Positions 48,901 to 62,959 of a stretch of 64,000 nucleotides of DNA are shown here, in pieces. The stretch comes from Chiloscyllium plagiosum. Taxonomy: Eukaryota. Made by a program: the position numbers and the translations under genes. Position 1 is the stretch's first letter, and each line of letters starts with the position of its first letter. The notes below the pieces were generated by a model, which worked only from the letters and a program-made list of their open reading frames with translations, was not told where the DNA came from and did no database searches. The DNA lies in assembly GCF_004010195.1 (NCBI RefSeq), contig NC_057718.1, positions 5,995,110-6,059,109 on the forward strand, given 5' to 3'.

Positions 48901-49676
48901 AAGTCATTGTTAAAAAAGAACTCGCTTTTACACACTAATGTCTAAGACTAGTTTCAGTCATAAAGTGCTGTAAAGCAGTGAGAGAGAACACACAATAAAT
49001 TGTACTTGGATCTTTTGTTCATTATGAATTTTACTCAGTGGTATCCAAACTTTTAAGGTGTTTTGCTTAAAGATGCTGTCCTGCTGCATCCTAATGGCTA
49101 CCTGTTGCTTCGTCTCCTGCACAGAACACACAATGAAACTGATGCTAAACTTTCAGGAAAGATGTGCTCATTTTCCAATAAAATAAGCTTCTGGGGTGGT
49201 GGGTTATGGAAGGTTTAACAGTAGCTCACAGAAGAGTGATGCTATTGTTATGTTCAGGTCAACAGATGATGGTGATTATAAACCGTGTGGGATGCCGTTC
49301 CCAGATCTTGGAATTATAAAGTGGCTACAAAGTGGGCAATGCCATTGGGCCACTTCAGAGTGCCCCCAGTAGGGGTATCTGGGCTGCTTGATGGATGCCT
49401 CATCTTATGAATGCTCTTGAGTTACACATGCTGAGGCAACACCCATAGGCATCTGAAGTTAGCTAGACAAATTCTGTCCGTAACTCACAAATTCTACATT
49501 ATATTAACTCTCGGCTCAATTCCAACCTTTAATTCACACAGAGCCAGGTCATGAGCTCAAACAGCTCCTTTAGAAGCTGGGGGAGTCTCAACGGATACCC
49601 TCTTACCTTCAGAGATGCTGCATTACAAGCAGAGATTGAGTCACATAATAGAAATAGGGTTAGTATCTGCACTTAC

Positions 49677-49712
49677 CCGGTCACCTTTCTCTCCCTTTGG
49701 ACCAGTTTGTCC
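49677..49712 (-). CDS. COL12A1: Collagen XII alpha1 exon, end of COL2, 36 bp (GQTGPKGEKGDR)
   Basis: ttgtatag| ... |gtaagt. The KGEKGDR ending precedes NC2 in collagen XII. Confidence 0.93.
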
Positions 49713-51952
49713 CTATACAAAAGAAAGTACATTAATTTAGTTGCATTTCAGCATCAAATGTAATTGAATCTCTTTGGTTTCAGTATGAAAACACCCAGAG
49801 GATCACATCAAGGGATTACCCAGTGCCCACTGCTTCTGAAGTAAACAGCATGCAATCTTTGTACTGCCTGCTAATTTCAATGATAGAGGCTTATGGCCAG
49901 CATTATGTTAATTGCCAAGTGGCTAACTCTAATCTTATTGCAGGAGGTGGTGTAATATTGAGAGACTATAGCATACGTTAGAGCTAGCCTTCACCAATAA
50001 AAGCCACTTTCTAAGGAACAAAGTGATTTTCACTAAAGCAAGTGCTGCAAGCTATTCTCATTGATTTTGATATGGGGGTACATTCAATCACGGTGTAAAA
50101 TGGCAGACAGAAAAAGGTAAGGCTTTCTGCAGCTGCACTGGAGGCTTTGACACATCAAGATATCACCTATGCATAGACTTCTATGAGACTTTCCAAAGAA
50201 ACTTAGTGGAAGCAATGGAACCAGATCGCCTTGACTTCAATCCCAGAAGTCTCACCCCAATGGTCCTGGATTCAGAACTAAGTGTTCAATGGTCTCACAC
50301 GCTGACAGTCTCACAAGTCTCTCCATATAGTTTTAAAAGCCACATCCCAACAACTGTACAACAAACCTCATATCCTGGATGCTGGGCTCTAAGAAGTTAG
50401 AAGTCCTTACCATGAATGGTTAAGGTCAGTGAAAAATCTTCACTGGTCCATCCTACTAACTTCAAAACTAGCCTCGCACACTGCTTACATGACCACACTT
50501 ACATGAGCCACTGAATAACCATCTTTGTCAGTGGCAAGACATATCTAACATCCATAGTTTCACTTCAGCTCTCTCTCACCACTGGTCCAAGACTCGCACC
50601 TACATCTCACAACTTGCATGCACTGCTTGGTTCACAACAACCCAGCCCATATCACCCAAATGGATTGCACCAGCCTCATTCATAAGAGCGGTGGATGGAC
50701 AAGAGCTGAAGGTGGCAACATCTGACTGACAGGGCGAAGCATGATCGCATTTCCCAGCGGAAATTATCACCATCACTGGAATGCTGAGGCTGTGGACAGC
50801 AACTGGACTCAAACCAACAAAGTTGATCATTTCCCCACGAACAATCCTCCTTCCCACATCACACAATATGTTGCTGAGAAGTGAAAGGGACATGCTATTG
50901 AATCTTTCTGACCTGCACCCATTTCAAAAGGAACAATAGTTTATACTGCACAGGGTGCTGACTGGTTGGCACTTGAGACATTGCCATGTGAATGCACCAA
51001 TTTATCCTCAAGATTTTATTTTAATTCAAAAAGGTAAGTCAACTCCAATTAGATCATAAATAGGAAATGTTTGGAGGGACTTGGACCATGCATAGGTAGG
51101 TGGGACTAGTTTAGTTTGGGACTATGGTCAGCATAAACTGGTTGGACTGAAGGGTCTGTTTCCATGCTGTATGACTCTATGATTGGATGAGACAAGCCAC
51201 AGGGAAAGCATTGAGAAACAATGTCCTCTCAAGATTTTGTTTAATTGAGAAGATGCAATACTTGGACAAATTCTGTTCTCCTGCAGAGGACCAGGTTCTG
51301 CACACACGTATATGTAGCTTCTAGAAAGTGTCAGCTCAAATGATAATTTTAAATAGTTTTTCGTGGAATTGTTGGCAAATTTAGGAATGTCGAATAAGTG
51401 TTGGCGAAGCATTGAACCACTTCCAATGCTGGACATTCTGTCCTGAGGTTTGAAAACACAGATTGGTTGAGAACATCCAATAATCTTACTGTTGCAAATA
51501 GCCAAAAAGATGTGTTTTTTGTTATGATGCGCCACTCACTGGGACAGACAGACAACAGACCTGGCATTACACCAGAATTGAAACTCATTCACCACATTAC
51601 TCATTTATGTGGTAGGAAGAACGTCTTTTTGGTGAGACTACATTCTGTTGGTTAAAAGAGCAGCACCATGAACAACTAACTTCACCTGTTGCATTGATCT
51701 GCATTGGTAGCCATTGTATTGTGGGACTGTTTTGATATGCCCTATTTGACCATCAAGCCTCCAAGGTGAGTAAATGACTTAAGCACTATTTACAAGATTT
51801 ACGATAGGGCTAAGCTCATAGCTTGTGGAGTTGTAGTAATCCTGACATACACATTGATCACTGAATCTGTTCTGATTTGTCAGCTACAGATGGACGGTTG
51901 AAAGAACCTTATGCTTTGCTCACTCCTTTTACCAAATCCCTGCAGCTATCGT

Positions 51953-52190
51953 AAAACAAAAGAACTGCAGATGCTGAAAATCTGAAACAAAACCAGAAAA
52001 TGCTACAGAAACTCAGCAGGTCTGGCAGCATTTGTGGGGAGAAAGCAGAGTAATCACCTTGCGTTCAGTGACCTTCTTCAGAACTAGCAGTTCTGAGGGT
52101 AACTGAGACCAACATCCAAATGTGAACTTTTTTTCTTATAGTTGCTGCAGTTCCTCCAGCACCTTCTGTTTCTTCCCTACCTGTATAGCT
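51953..52190. mobile_element. Degenerate fold-back element
   Basis: Left arm of the same family with a partial right arm. Confidence 0.6.
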
Positions 52191-52974
52191 TACTTCTTTC
52201 AGATTTCCAAGTCAAGAGCAAGAAGGACAGAGATGGAATACCATCAATTATTTATGCACTCTACAATTACAGCATTTAAAAGGCATCTGATTGGGTATAT
52301 GAATAGGAAGGCTTAAGGGGGTATTGGGCCAGATGCTGGTAAACAGGACTAGATTAATTTAGGATATCTGGTCATCATGGATGAGTTGAACCAAAGGGTC
52401 TGTTTCCGTGCTGTACATCTCTATGACTCTCTGACTCCACAACCATCATCCTAAAGGATAACATAGACCTTCAATCAGACTGCCTGCAGACAGTTGAGGA
52501 ATAAGGAATAAGCCCAGGTGCTAGTTCGCTGTAAGGATCACAGGGGAGATTTGCTGCAGAGGTCCTTGATGCCTGGCCTACATGAGTAGACTGATGGATT
52601 TGCACAGTAAAATACTTGATGCATTGGCAAACCCGCTGAAATACATGTCAGGGAGCCTGCAGCAGTCTGACATTAATACGGCACACTAGGGATTTTCATG
52701 GGGCTTGGATAGCATCCTTTCCAATGCATAGTGGCAGCCAATACTGAGGTCCCCAGCCTGAAGCAGCATCTGACGCTCAATACAGAAGCTAGACTGCCCT
52801 GGTGCCAGATGAGCTTGACGCCAGCAACTGGGACTCTCCGAAATAATACCCTCCAGACAAGTCCCTGCAAGCACCCTGCTAGGCAATCTATTGTTTCCCA
52901 ACAATAATCAGCAACAGCTTTCTATTAACCAAGCTACTGCTACTGGGCGATCATGAGGAGCCACCCAAGGTCAT

Positions 52975-53545
52975 GTTTGACTAGTTTACATATTTTTTGC
53001 TTTTTTTTAAACTCATTGAATGTGGGTGTTACTGGCAGGGCCAGTATTTATTGCCTGAGCCGAGTTGACCTTGAGAAGGTGATGGTGAGCTGCCTTCTGG
53101 AACCACAGCTATGGGTTGACACACAATGCCCTAGTGGAGGGAATTCCAGGATTTTGACCCAGCCACAGTGAAGGAACGTCTAGATGTTTCCATGTCAGGA
53201 TGGTAAGTGGCTTGGAGGTGAACTTGCAGGGAGTGCTGCTCCCACGTATCTGCTGCCCTTGTCCTTCAAGATGGAAGGGATGTGGGCTTAGAAGGTGCTG
53301 TCTAAAGATCTTTGGAGAATTTCTGCAGTGCATCTTGTAGATAGTACACACTACCGCTACCGAGCGTAGGTGGTGGAGGGAGTGGACGCTTGTGGGTGTG
53401 GCACCAATCAAACGGGCTGCTTAGTCCTGGATGGTGCCAAGCTTCTTGAATGTTGTTGGAGCTGTACCCATCCAAGCAAGTGGGGAGTATTCCATCACAG
53501 TCCTGACTTGCACCTTGTAGATGGTGGCCAGGCTGTGGGGAGTGA
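52975..53545 (-). mobile_element. 3' end of CR1/L2-group LINE (RT C-terminus and tail)
   Basis: IYKVQVRTVMEYSPLAWM ... HSLHHLRSVA motif. Confidence 0.85.
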
Positions 53546-53581
53546 GTATGCAGAATGCCTGTGTTTGATTTATACATTTGT

Positions 53582-53937
53582 CTAGAGGGGCATTGATAGG
53601 GTGAATAGACAAGGTCTTTTCCCCAGGGCAGGGAAGTCCAAATCTAGAGGGCATAGGTTTAAGGTGAGAGGAGAAAATTTTAAGAGGGACCTAAGAGGCA
53701 ACGTTTTCACACAGAGGCTGGAACGTGTATGGAATGAGCTGCCAGAGGAAGTGGTGGAGGCTGATACAATTGCAACATTTAAAAGGCATCTGGATGGGTA
53801 TATGAATAGGAAAGGTTTAGAGGGATATGGGCCAAGCGCTGGCAAATGGGACTAGGTTTATTAAGGATATCTGGTCGGCATGGACGAGTTGGACCGAAGG
53901 GTCTGTTTCCGTGCTGTACATCTCTATGACTCTATGA
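53582..53937 (+). mobile_element. CR1 (HER1-like) 3' end
   Basis: ORF 53601..53855 and a tctatgac tail. Confidence 0.88.
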
Positions 53938-54849
53938 GTTGACTGGAGTGATCTTCTCTGATCACTGTTTTTGCAGACTGGGCAAAACGTTTTGTTAATT
54001 TTGTGCCAAAGAGCACACAAAGTTCACCATAGCATGTTCACAAATTCATTACAACTAGTTACGACATCACAAAATGTTTACCACTTCATTGTAAATGTTG
54101 TGTACGGAAACTACACCAAACAATCCAACAATCATGAATAACAATACACAGAGAAAATGTACTTCAACTTTTAATGAATTCATTGAAAGCACTGCACAGG
54201 GATACCTCAAGAACAAGTTAATCAATTTGTCAATTCAAGCATCTTACAGGAGAAGTTCAGCCAAATGTATTCACCATCTCTTTAACAATAGGACCTCAGA
54301 GGGGTTTTCTTCCAGGAGAGCACTGAGTTTACCTTAGATGAAGGATGTGTGTGGAATTCTTTGTTGCATGGAAATGAAAAGTTGCCAAAACAACCTCATT
54401 GATCTATTTGTGGTCCACATTCCCATATGCAGCTTTCTACATTTTTCTATGATAGAACTATATCTGGAAACGAGTCTGAAATCCTGGAACATTACACTAT
54501 TTTTCCTATGAGAATGTACTGTACAGCTACAAGCCTTTCTCAATCCAACCAACAAAAATAATTTAACCCACAAGGAACAAGAGTCCTAATGCAAAGCAGC
54601 TGTTGAATTCAAAAGTTTATTTTATTACTATTGTTTTTTAATATTTACAGTTTGGGCTATTTTCATATTTCTATATATTTTGACTGGGCAATAAATGCTG
54701 GCATCGCTAGTCAGAGCCATTTCCCAAAACTGGATGTTATTAAAAATGAAATCATAGTATGAAAGACATGCTGGGGGATGAGCAAGCTGCATTACCTAAG
54801 TTGACTCCTGTCAAAGGCTGCCAATCATACCCACCTAAAAGTCTGAAGA

Positions 54850-55385
54850 CCTTAAGAGATAGGAGGAGACCATTTGACCCCTCAAATCTGCTTCACCATT
54901 CAATAGAATCATGGCTGATCCGATATTCCTCATGTCCACATTCCTGCTGATTCCCCGTAACCCTTGATTCCCCGACTGATCAAGTATCCCTCGATCTTAG
55001 TCTTAAATGTACACAAGGACTCTGCGTTCACAGCGCTCTATGGCAAGGAGTTCCAAAGAATCACAACTCTCGGAGAGAATAAATTCTTCCTCATCTCAGT
55101 CTTAAATTGAGACTATTTTGAGACTATGCCCTCTGGCCATAGACTCTCCCATGAGGGGAAACAGCCTCTCAGCATTTACTGTCAAACCCCTTAAAAATCT
55201 GATACATTCCAATCAGATCACCTCCCATTCTTCTAAACTCCAGTGAACACAGTCCTAATCTGCTTAATCTTTGCTCTCTGGACAGTCTCTCCATATCCAC
55301 GGATCATCCAAACGAACTTTCTCTCAACTGCCTCCAATGAAACAAAATTTTTTTCTGAGGTAAGGGGACCTAAGCTGCTCAATGC
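54850..55385 (-). mobile_element. CR1 3' fragment
   Basis: Reverse of the CR1 3' region seen at 14460-14920. Confidence 0.8.
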
Positions 55386-55892
55386 AGTGGTCTTAAAGGC
55401 GAACTAATGTCTCAGAGCCTGTTTCATGAAGTACAGTTGGAGGACCTGCTGAAAGGTGTCTCTCCCTAATACATATCCTGGAGCTGGTATGTCCAGTGGG
55501 GTCAGTACTTACCTTGGAAGCTAAATCTTGATTGTACCTCCAGTTGGCACAATGGAAGAGGATGAAACTCCACCCTACCACGCTGTGCAATATCATTTCT
55601 ATTGATGCTTCCCACAGGCTCATGATTTCACCTTGATTGCCCTTTCCCTATTATTTGTCCATTGCTTCTTATTCCCTGCCTCCCTAGACTTGACAATAGC
55701 CATTAATGTAAATTTCTTTCAGACTGTCTGACACGTTTCAAGGTTTTGTACTCCGTTCCAACACTCCTTCGACCCCTTAAATTTCTTCAGTGCACAATTT
55801 TCCATTCACTGGTAGACTTCCTAACTTCATCCAACTTTTCACTCATGAGCTGGCTTTAGAAAATTTTGCACAAGCAACAAATTTCCATTGAT

Positions 55893-56158
55893 CTAAAAAT
55901 AAAACCAAAAGATGTGGATGCTGAAGATCTGAAATGAAAGCAGAAACCGCTGGAGAAGCTCAGCAGGTCCAGCAGCATCTGTGGAGTGGAAGCAGAGTTA
56001 ATATTTAAGTCCAGTGACTTTTCCTCAGAACTTATGGCAGCTAGGAAAGTTATGAGTTCTGAAAAAGGGGTCACTGGGCTCGACACGTTGATTCTGCTTT
56101 CTCTTCATAGATCCTGCCAGACCTGCTGATTTTCTCCAGCAGTTTCTGCTTTTGTTTG
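55893..56158. mobile_element. Fold-back element
   Basis: Inverted arms of the same family as 21960-22180. Confidence 0.75.
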
Positions 56159-57308
56159 AAACTTCTATTTGTGTCCGCTGACAAGACAGTCAATTGGGTT
56201 AAATTATACAGACAATTAAAAATCTAGACTAAGGCCTGTCAGGGTAAACTGAAGTCATAAGGAAAGACTTCATTGATATACATTAGATCAGGATTTGTTA
56301 GAAATAAGACTAGTCACATAACAATGTTAGTGTAAAGACTATAACATTGAGGTCACATCTGAGTTTAATTTATTGGTAAGTCAGGAACCAGCTCAAATCA
56401 CTGAATATACACAGCTTGAAACAGTCAGCAGTGAGAATCATAAGGACTTTGAAACTACCATGTTCAATATTAGTGTCTGAATATTTAATGGGGGTTGATC
56501 TGAAGTTCCCCACATAGGGAATTTTAAAAGAAAGTTAACATCTCCTTTAAAATAGCAGGGAGTGAAAAGTTATGTGGATGTGTTAAATATTTGCACACTC
56601 CACACTGTTTCTCAAATCTAAAGTTATTTTTAAATGCCATCAACTGATTGATATGCACATTGAGGACCTAAATCAGCCCTCAATGATTAATATTGGGAAG
56701 GAGAAAATATGAGGTTCAGTTACTCTAGTGGAAAAGAAAATATTTTGTTGCTCAACCACTGGGCATGGCTGCATTAAGGATAGCTGTCCAGTGAAATTGA
56801 CTTGATTGATTGCAGAGAATTGGAGGAAAAGTGCCAATGCAACAATGCAGGGATACAAACTGATGCCATTTGGGCAAAACTGAGAAGAAATTTGGAGTTT
56901 TCATCCACGCATTTCATATGAAAAAATAGGAAGTGGTGTAATGCTTGCAAATTGCCCACACCCAACCCACAGGACCATACACATGGGTAAAATTATGCAT
57001 ATAGGGAAGGCATCAATGTCCCATGGCTTGACAGATTTGACTTGATTTTGCGTGTGCACTGCAAATTGCTTCATTTTTCAACAACAGGCTTTCTCTATGC
57101 TCATCCTAATTCTCATAGCAACAGAACACAGCTTGCCTTTGAAAAACAATATGGGATTGCACACGTCCTCTTCTGATCTGCTGCCGCACGGGCTTCAGTC
57201 TTATGCAATTGTAAAGGGAATAGCAGACAGCACAGACTCCAGCTGATTCATGTCAAATGCTATATCCCTTCCTTCTGCAAATTTGAATTTGTTAAGTTCA
57301 TCACTTAC

Positions 57309-57380
57309 CACTGATCCCATTTCACCTTTTGGTCCTTGACTCCCTGGTTGACCGGGAGGGCCAGAAACACCAATTGGGCC
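57309..57380 (-). CDS. COL12A1: Collagen XII alpha1 exon, COL2, 72 bp (GPIGVSGPPGQPGSQGPKGEMGSV)
   Basis: Acceptor ttttgtttag|, donor |gtaagt, Gly-X-Y, phase 0/0. Confidence 0.93.
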
Positions 57381-57856
57381 CTAAACAAAACAAATAATTT
57401 GTGAGTATTGAGAATCTATAATTAGCATTTCATAGAATCATAGAATTTTACAGAACAGAAGGAGGCCATTTGACCCATCATGACTGTACCGGCTCCTGAA
57501 AGAGTTACCCAGCCAGTCTCAGTCCTTGTGGCCCTCTAAGTTCTAGTCTCGGAAAGATAGACAGTTACATCAGTCAAAAGTAGTTCAGCAAGTGTAATTC
57601 TCTGATGAGTCAGAGATGGTGAAGATTGAGGTCATTATTAGGAAGAGGAATGTGGAATATCACTATGTCAAAATTAATTTGAAGTTACATTTCTAGACAG
57701 CAGGGATTGGCAAACAGGATAGTGTGCATTGAACTGAAAAAAAACATCAGCTGAATTCACTGTAGGCACAACACATCATGTTCCTCTGAAAACTAAATTC
57801 AAACCCTCAAATTGCCAAGTTAAATGCTGAACCCCCAGTCCCTGGATTATTTATCT

Positions 57857-58175
57857 AGGTTTCCTCCCACAGTCCAAAGATGTGCAAGTGGATTGGCCAT
57901 GCTAAATTGCCCATAGTGTCCAAGGATGTCCAGGTTAGGTGGATTGGCCAAGCTGAATTGCCCATAGTGTCCAAGGATGTGGAGGTTAGGTGGATTAGCC
58001 ATGTTAAATTTCCCATAGTGTTCAGGGATGTGTAGGTGAGGTGCATTAATCATGGGAAATGCAAGCTTACGGGACAGGATTGGGGGGGTAGGTCAGGGTG
58101 AGATGACTTGCAGAGGGTCAGCATGGATTCAATGGGCCAATGGCCTTCAGCGACACTGTAGTGATTCTATGACTG
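57857..58175 (+). mobile_element. 5'-truncated HE1 SINE with an internal 51-bp tandem expansion
   Basis: Units start at about 57879, 57925, 57976 and 58027. Confidence 0.85.
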
Positions 58176-58542
58176 TATAATGCCAATGCCACAGTGGTAG
58201 AGGTGGTTCACAGTGAAGGTGGAACTTCACTCTAAAATCTGTGTATTGATCACAGAGACCTAAACTGCTCCGGTCATTAGATTCATCTGTAGCTGGGAGG
58301 TTTTCCGAAGATGACAGTAAGCAGGCTTTCCCCTTGTATTGGCTCTCCTCAAAAAGCCACAGAAACTGTCATTCTATTATTTAATGCACTGCAATCATAC
58401 AATGAGTGTCTACCTGTGCTTGTATGTTGTTACACAGAGAGATGGCACCAATACCAATTCTGACTCCTGTCTCTCCACTGTAACAATGACAGTGGTCCTT
58501 GGAATGTTAGCAGGTGACAGATTCCTCACACTCTTTTGGTTC

Positions 58543-58846
58543 ATTAGATTAGATTACTTTACAGTGTGGAAATAGGCCCTTCGGCCCAACAAGTCCACAC
58601 CGCCCCGCCGAAGCGCAACCCACCCATACCCCTACATTTACCCCTTACCTAACACTACGGGCAATTTAGCTTGGCCAATTCACCTGACCTGCACATCTTT
58701 GTGACTGTGGGAGGAAACCGGAGCACCGGGAGGAAACCCGCGCAGATACAGGGAGAACGTGCAAACTCCACACAGTCAGTGGGTGGGAATTGAACCCGGG
58801 TCTCTGGCGCTGTGAGGCAGCAGTGCTAACCACTGTGCCACCCTGC
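58543..58846 (-). mobile_element. Young HE1-type V-SINE
   Basis: CpG-rich, intact head, (AATCT)n tail. Confidence 0.9.
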
Positions 58847-60274
58847 CATTCATGTTCCTTTTAAACCTAATTACAAGTTCAGTGATATCCTCTTGTCTCT
58901 CCTGACTCCCTGTGATGGGGGTGTTCCAACAATGGTGTCATGGATTGAATCTGAGCCATACTTGTTGCATTATCTGTTTAACTTGTGACATAATGCAGTG
59001 GACTGGAGCCAGTATAAAGACTGGTGTAATATAATTTCAGCAATGGTGTGCACGGTGTACACATAAAATAGTAAGCTTCATCTCAAGAGGATTGGATGGT
59101 TATCCTGACAGAGAATGAGATGAGCATTACAAGGTGAAGTAAAGGCAGAGATAACTGAATGCTCTCAATAACGCAATGGGTTCATAACGCCCCTCACAGT
59201 GGACAGGAAGCTGGCTGCGCGAGCAGCTCAATTGTCCTTTCTGTTGAAGTCAGTGGAAAATAAAACCACGCATATTGTGGGATGGGTGTCCAATCCAATA
59301 ATGCTCATCCTACAATCCTGCCTGAGACAAATTCTGATTATTTCTGAGCTTTGTGTTTGCACATACAAATGTAGGCAACTGTCCTCTTGAACCTGTAGCG
59401 AGGCTATCTCTACATTGGAGATACGAGCATCTTCTTTCCAACTTGTATTGGCCTAAATAATCTGATGGCCAGAGAGTCATTGGAGCAGTGCAGACTGTAT
59501 TTCCACAATTGGGTCATGTGGATCCCTCACTGGGGAACTGCCCAAGAAACTTGATTTTCTTGTGGGCAACACCCTCAAGACTGGAATCTTCCAGAAGATC
59601 CCACTGAAGATGAAGAATTAGGAGTATTCCAACTCACTAAAACTTAGTCATTACGCACCTACAGTTAGAGGACTAAAGTCTTCATCTGGACAGAAGGCCA
59701 GAAGACACAGGAGCAAAAGTAGGCCATTCAGCCCATCAATTCTGCTCCACCACTCAACAAAATCATTGCTGATCTGATAATCCTCGATTCCACTTTTGTG
59801 CCTTTTCCCAATCGTCCTAGATTGCCTCACTGATTAAAAGTCTATGTCCCTCAACCTTGAATATACTTAAAGAGCCATGCTCAATAGAGCTCTATGGTAA
59901 AGAATTCTGCAGACTGGCTACTCTGCAAGATAACGGCTGGATAACTCTAAAACTGAGCTCCAAACTCATCAGTGACTTACCCAAATATACCCACTGAACA
60001 GACCCTCTGTCCTGCCTGAAACTGATTCCACTTCATACGCCTAATTACCCTCGGACTGTCACCACAACCTTCGCCCCTGACTCCGTTCCACTCCATCACC
60101 AGCTTGACCAACCCCTCTCACCCCTGAACTGACATCTCTCCCACTTGATGTCGGAACCGACAGCCATTTCCACTGTCAGACCCCAACAGCCCCCCAATCC
60201 CAGTCTGACATCCTCCCGAAACAACAAACTTAACTTGACAACCGCACCCCACCTGCACTTCCTGTGACAGTTTT

Positions 60275-60740
60275 GTTTTTCTTTATTCATTTGTAGGATG
60301 TGGGCTTTGCTGACTGAGTCAGCATATTTTTGCCCATCTCTAGTTGCCCCTTGAGAAGGTGGGGGTGAGCTGCCTTCTTGAATTGCTGCAGTCCATGTGC
60401 TGTGGATTGACCCATAATATCTTTAGGGAGGGAGACCCAGGATTTTGGCCCAGTGACAGTGAAGGAACAGCAACATATTTCCAACTCAGGGTGGTGAATG
60501 GCTTGGAGGGGAGCTTACAGGGGTTGATGGTCCCATGTATCTGCTGCCCTTGTCCTCTTAGATGAAGGTGTTTGTGGGTTTGGAAGATACTGTCTGAGGA
60601 TCTTTGGTGAATTTCTGCAGTGCATCTGTAGATGATACACACTGCTGCTCCTGAGGGTTGGTGTTGGAGGGAATGGATGCTTATGGATGTGGTGCCAATC
60701 AAGCAGCTGCTTTGTCCTGGATGGAGTCAAGCTTCTTGAG
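60275..60740 (-). mobile_element. 3' end of the same LINE family
   Basis: Homologous to 52975-53450. Confidence 0.85.
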
Positions 60741-61323
60741 CAAATAAAGTGGCTTTAGTCTATCATCATAACTCCATCCTATTTTCTCGATGGACTGAGT
60801 CAAATAGATGCTGTGAGCTTGAAATGTTCTACTGCAGAGAATGGAAGAGGCAGAGACAAATGTATCTTTCAGAACAAAAGTGTATAAAATTTAATCAGAA
60901 GGTGATATAGGTCCCTGGGACAATGGAACTGGTTTTCAACTGCTCTAATATTAGTTGGTGCTGTTATTATGGACTGAATAGATTCATACTATGCTGTAAA
61001 CTTCTGTTGCTTCATAGATTAAATCAATGAGTGAGAGCAAGAGGTCATTAAGACATGGTGACTCTCAGGTTAAACTCACCAATTGACTCTCTTTAATAAG
61101 AAAGCTATCAGGGACTATGGAGACTTTACCTTTCCTTAATCAGATTTAAGGCAAAGGAAAACCTTTTGTTATTCCATGATTTCTGTCCTTGATGCTGAGT
61201 TACAGTGAAGAACTTGTGCAGTGAAACTTTAAGCTAAAACTGTTTGTATGATGATTATTCATAATTCATAACATTGGTTAAAGACATTGAACAGCAGTAT
61301 TTCTTTCTGAAGGTATGACTTAC

Positions 61324-61377
61324 AGGTGGTCCTCGTGGTCCTGAAGGTCCAATTGGTCCTTGTTTACCTGGAAAACC
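61324..61377 (-). CDS. COL12A1: Collagen XII alpha1 exon, COL2 domain, 54 bp (GFPGKQGPIGPSGPRGPP)
   Basis: Flanked by ttacag| and |gtaagt on the minus strand. Perfect Gly-X-Y, phase 0/0, classic 54-bp collagen exon. Confidence 0.93.
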
Positions 61378-61559
61378 CTGTAATATGAAAGAAATACAGT
61401 CTTGAAAAAGATTGGAGTTAATGTATCTTTTGGCATTAAGCATTTATGCCCCCCCCCATAAAAAACTGTCTGGCAGCACAGTCTTGACATCAATCAGCTG
61501 GAATTGGCAAGTATCATGAATCAGCTACTTGAGGATCTTGTTAAGTGGGACCTCTTATT

Positions 61560-61895
61560 AATTCATTTATTGTGGGACATCAATGAGGGTGTTGCTGAAT
61601 GGGCAAGCATGTCAGATGTCAGTTCAGAGTCAGCCACATTGTTCTGAGTCTGGAGTCACATATAGGCCAGACCAGATAAGGATGGCCATTTCCTTCCTAA
61701 AGGGCATTAGTGAGCCAGGAGGGTGTTTTCCACAACAATTGACAATGATCATCATTAGACTCTTAGTTTCAAATTTTTAACTGGATTAAAATTTCACCAT
61801 CTTTCATGGTGGGAGTTGAACTCAGGTCCCCAGAACATTAACTAGATTTCTGCATTAACAATCCAACAATAATACCCAAGGCCAATGCCTTCCCA
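61560..61895 (-). mobile_element. tRNA-headed bipartite SINE, second copy
   Basis: Homologous to 46080-46402. Other fragments lie at 690-750 and 1045-1200. Confidence 0.7.
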
Positions 61896-62959
61896 GACTC
61901 TTCCAACTGCTCCAAATATGGCACATTACATCACAGAGATGGGTTAAACCAAACAAAGAGGAATCCCAAATGGGGAACCTTCCCTGCACTGGTCTCTTTC
62001 AGTGCCAAATGTTCAAATGCCTGACAACCAGTTAGCTAAAGGTCAGAAAGTGCCACCCACTGGGTATTCCAGGCCTGTCAAAGCTGAAGCAGCAACAAAT
62101 CATCCTTGACAAAATCAAACAGCAGTGGTCCTGTATGACTGTCAGGGTCACTTTTTCTGCCTCCTTCCCTCATTCAACAAGCAACCTGAGTAAACCCACC
62201 ATGGCATTCATGTTTATATACCATCGCTCAGTAATAGAAGGCGTGTCCCTTTGACTCTAGCAGCATCAAGAGCAGAAGTGGCTTCTGCCAGGAGATTTTG
62301 GAAAAAAATTCATGGGATAAATTTCTAGTCAGCCCACAGCAAGAATGAAGTGGATCTGAATAAGTTTTGCAAAATTGATGTTGGAGACTCGGTGGCCTGA
62401 TTTACACACTGCCAGATTTTCATCCTTAGTAGAAATTAGCATGGGGTAGAAAAGAGGTCGCTGATTCACCATCAATCTTTTGCAGCTCAGCTTAAAAATA
62501 ATCTGGCATTTATTCAATGACCACTGGGCATCTCAAAGCTCCTTGGAGTCACTAAAGTATTTTTGAAGTGCAATTTAGGAAACAGAACAGTAGCTTTGTG
62601 CAGGAAATAACATCATGGTAAAGATAATTTGTTTGATCAGAGGAATGCATCTAAGTTTTTTTCTTTTGCAATGCAACAGAATAACTCTGAATTATTCATT
62701 CAGATCCTCAGCTTTATACAGTCTCTCACTCTGTTGTCTAGTTTAGCTGACACTAATCATTCAGTCAGTTAGTGATTAACATGAAGGTAACACTAGTGAA
62801 GAGCTTTTATTTCTTATTGTTAAGCTTAACTCATTTGGTCGTTCCTCCACCTTAAGACAAGTCAGTTCAATCTCCCTCCATGGCTTAATCCTACCATCTA
62901 GCACTGCACTTTGGTAAATGTTCTTGTCCAGATGACTTGTTGAAGTCATCACTTACTTG

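Noticed and set aside
53960..54580. Possible decayed transposase or exon
   Set aside because: No recognisable motif in any frame by eye.
24369..61377. Assignment as COL14A1 or COL20A1
   Set aside because: QNMMRA..RQVCEQL, NQIPN, GYCDSS.CA.IPYNG and the GSG* end match collagen XII.
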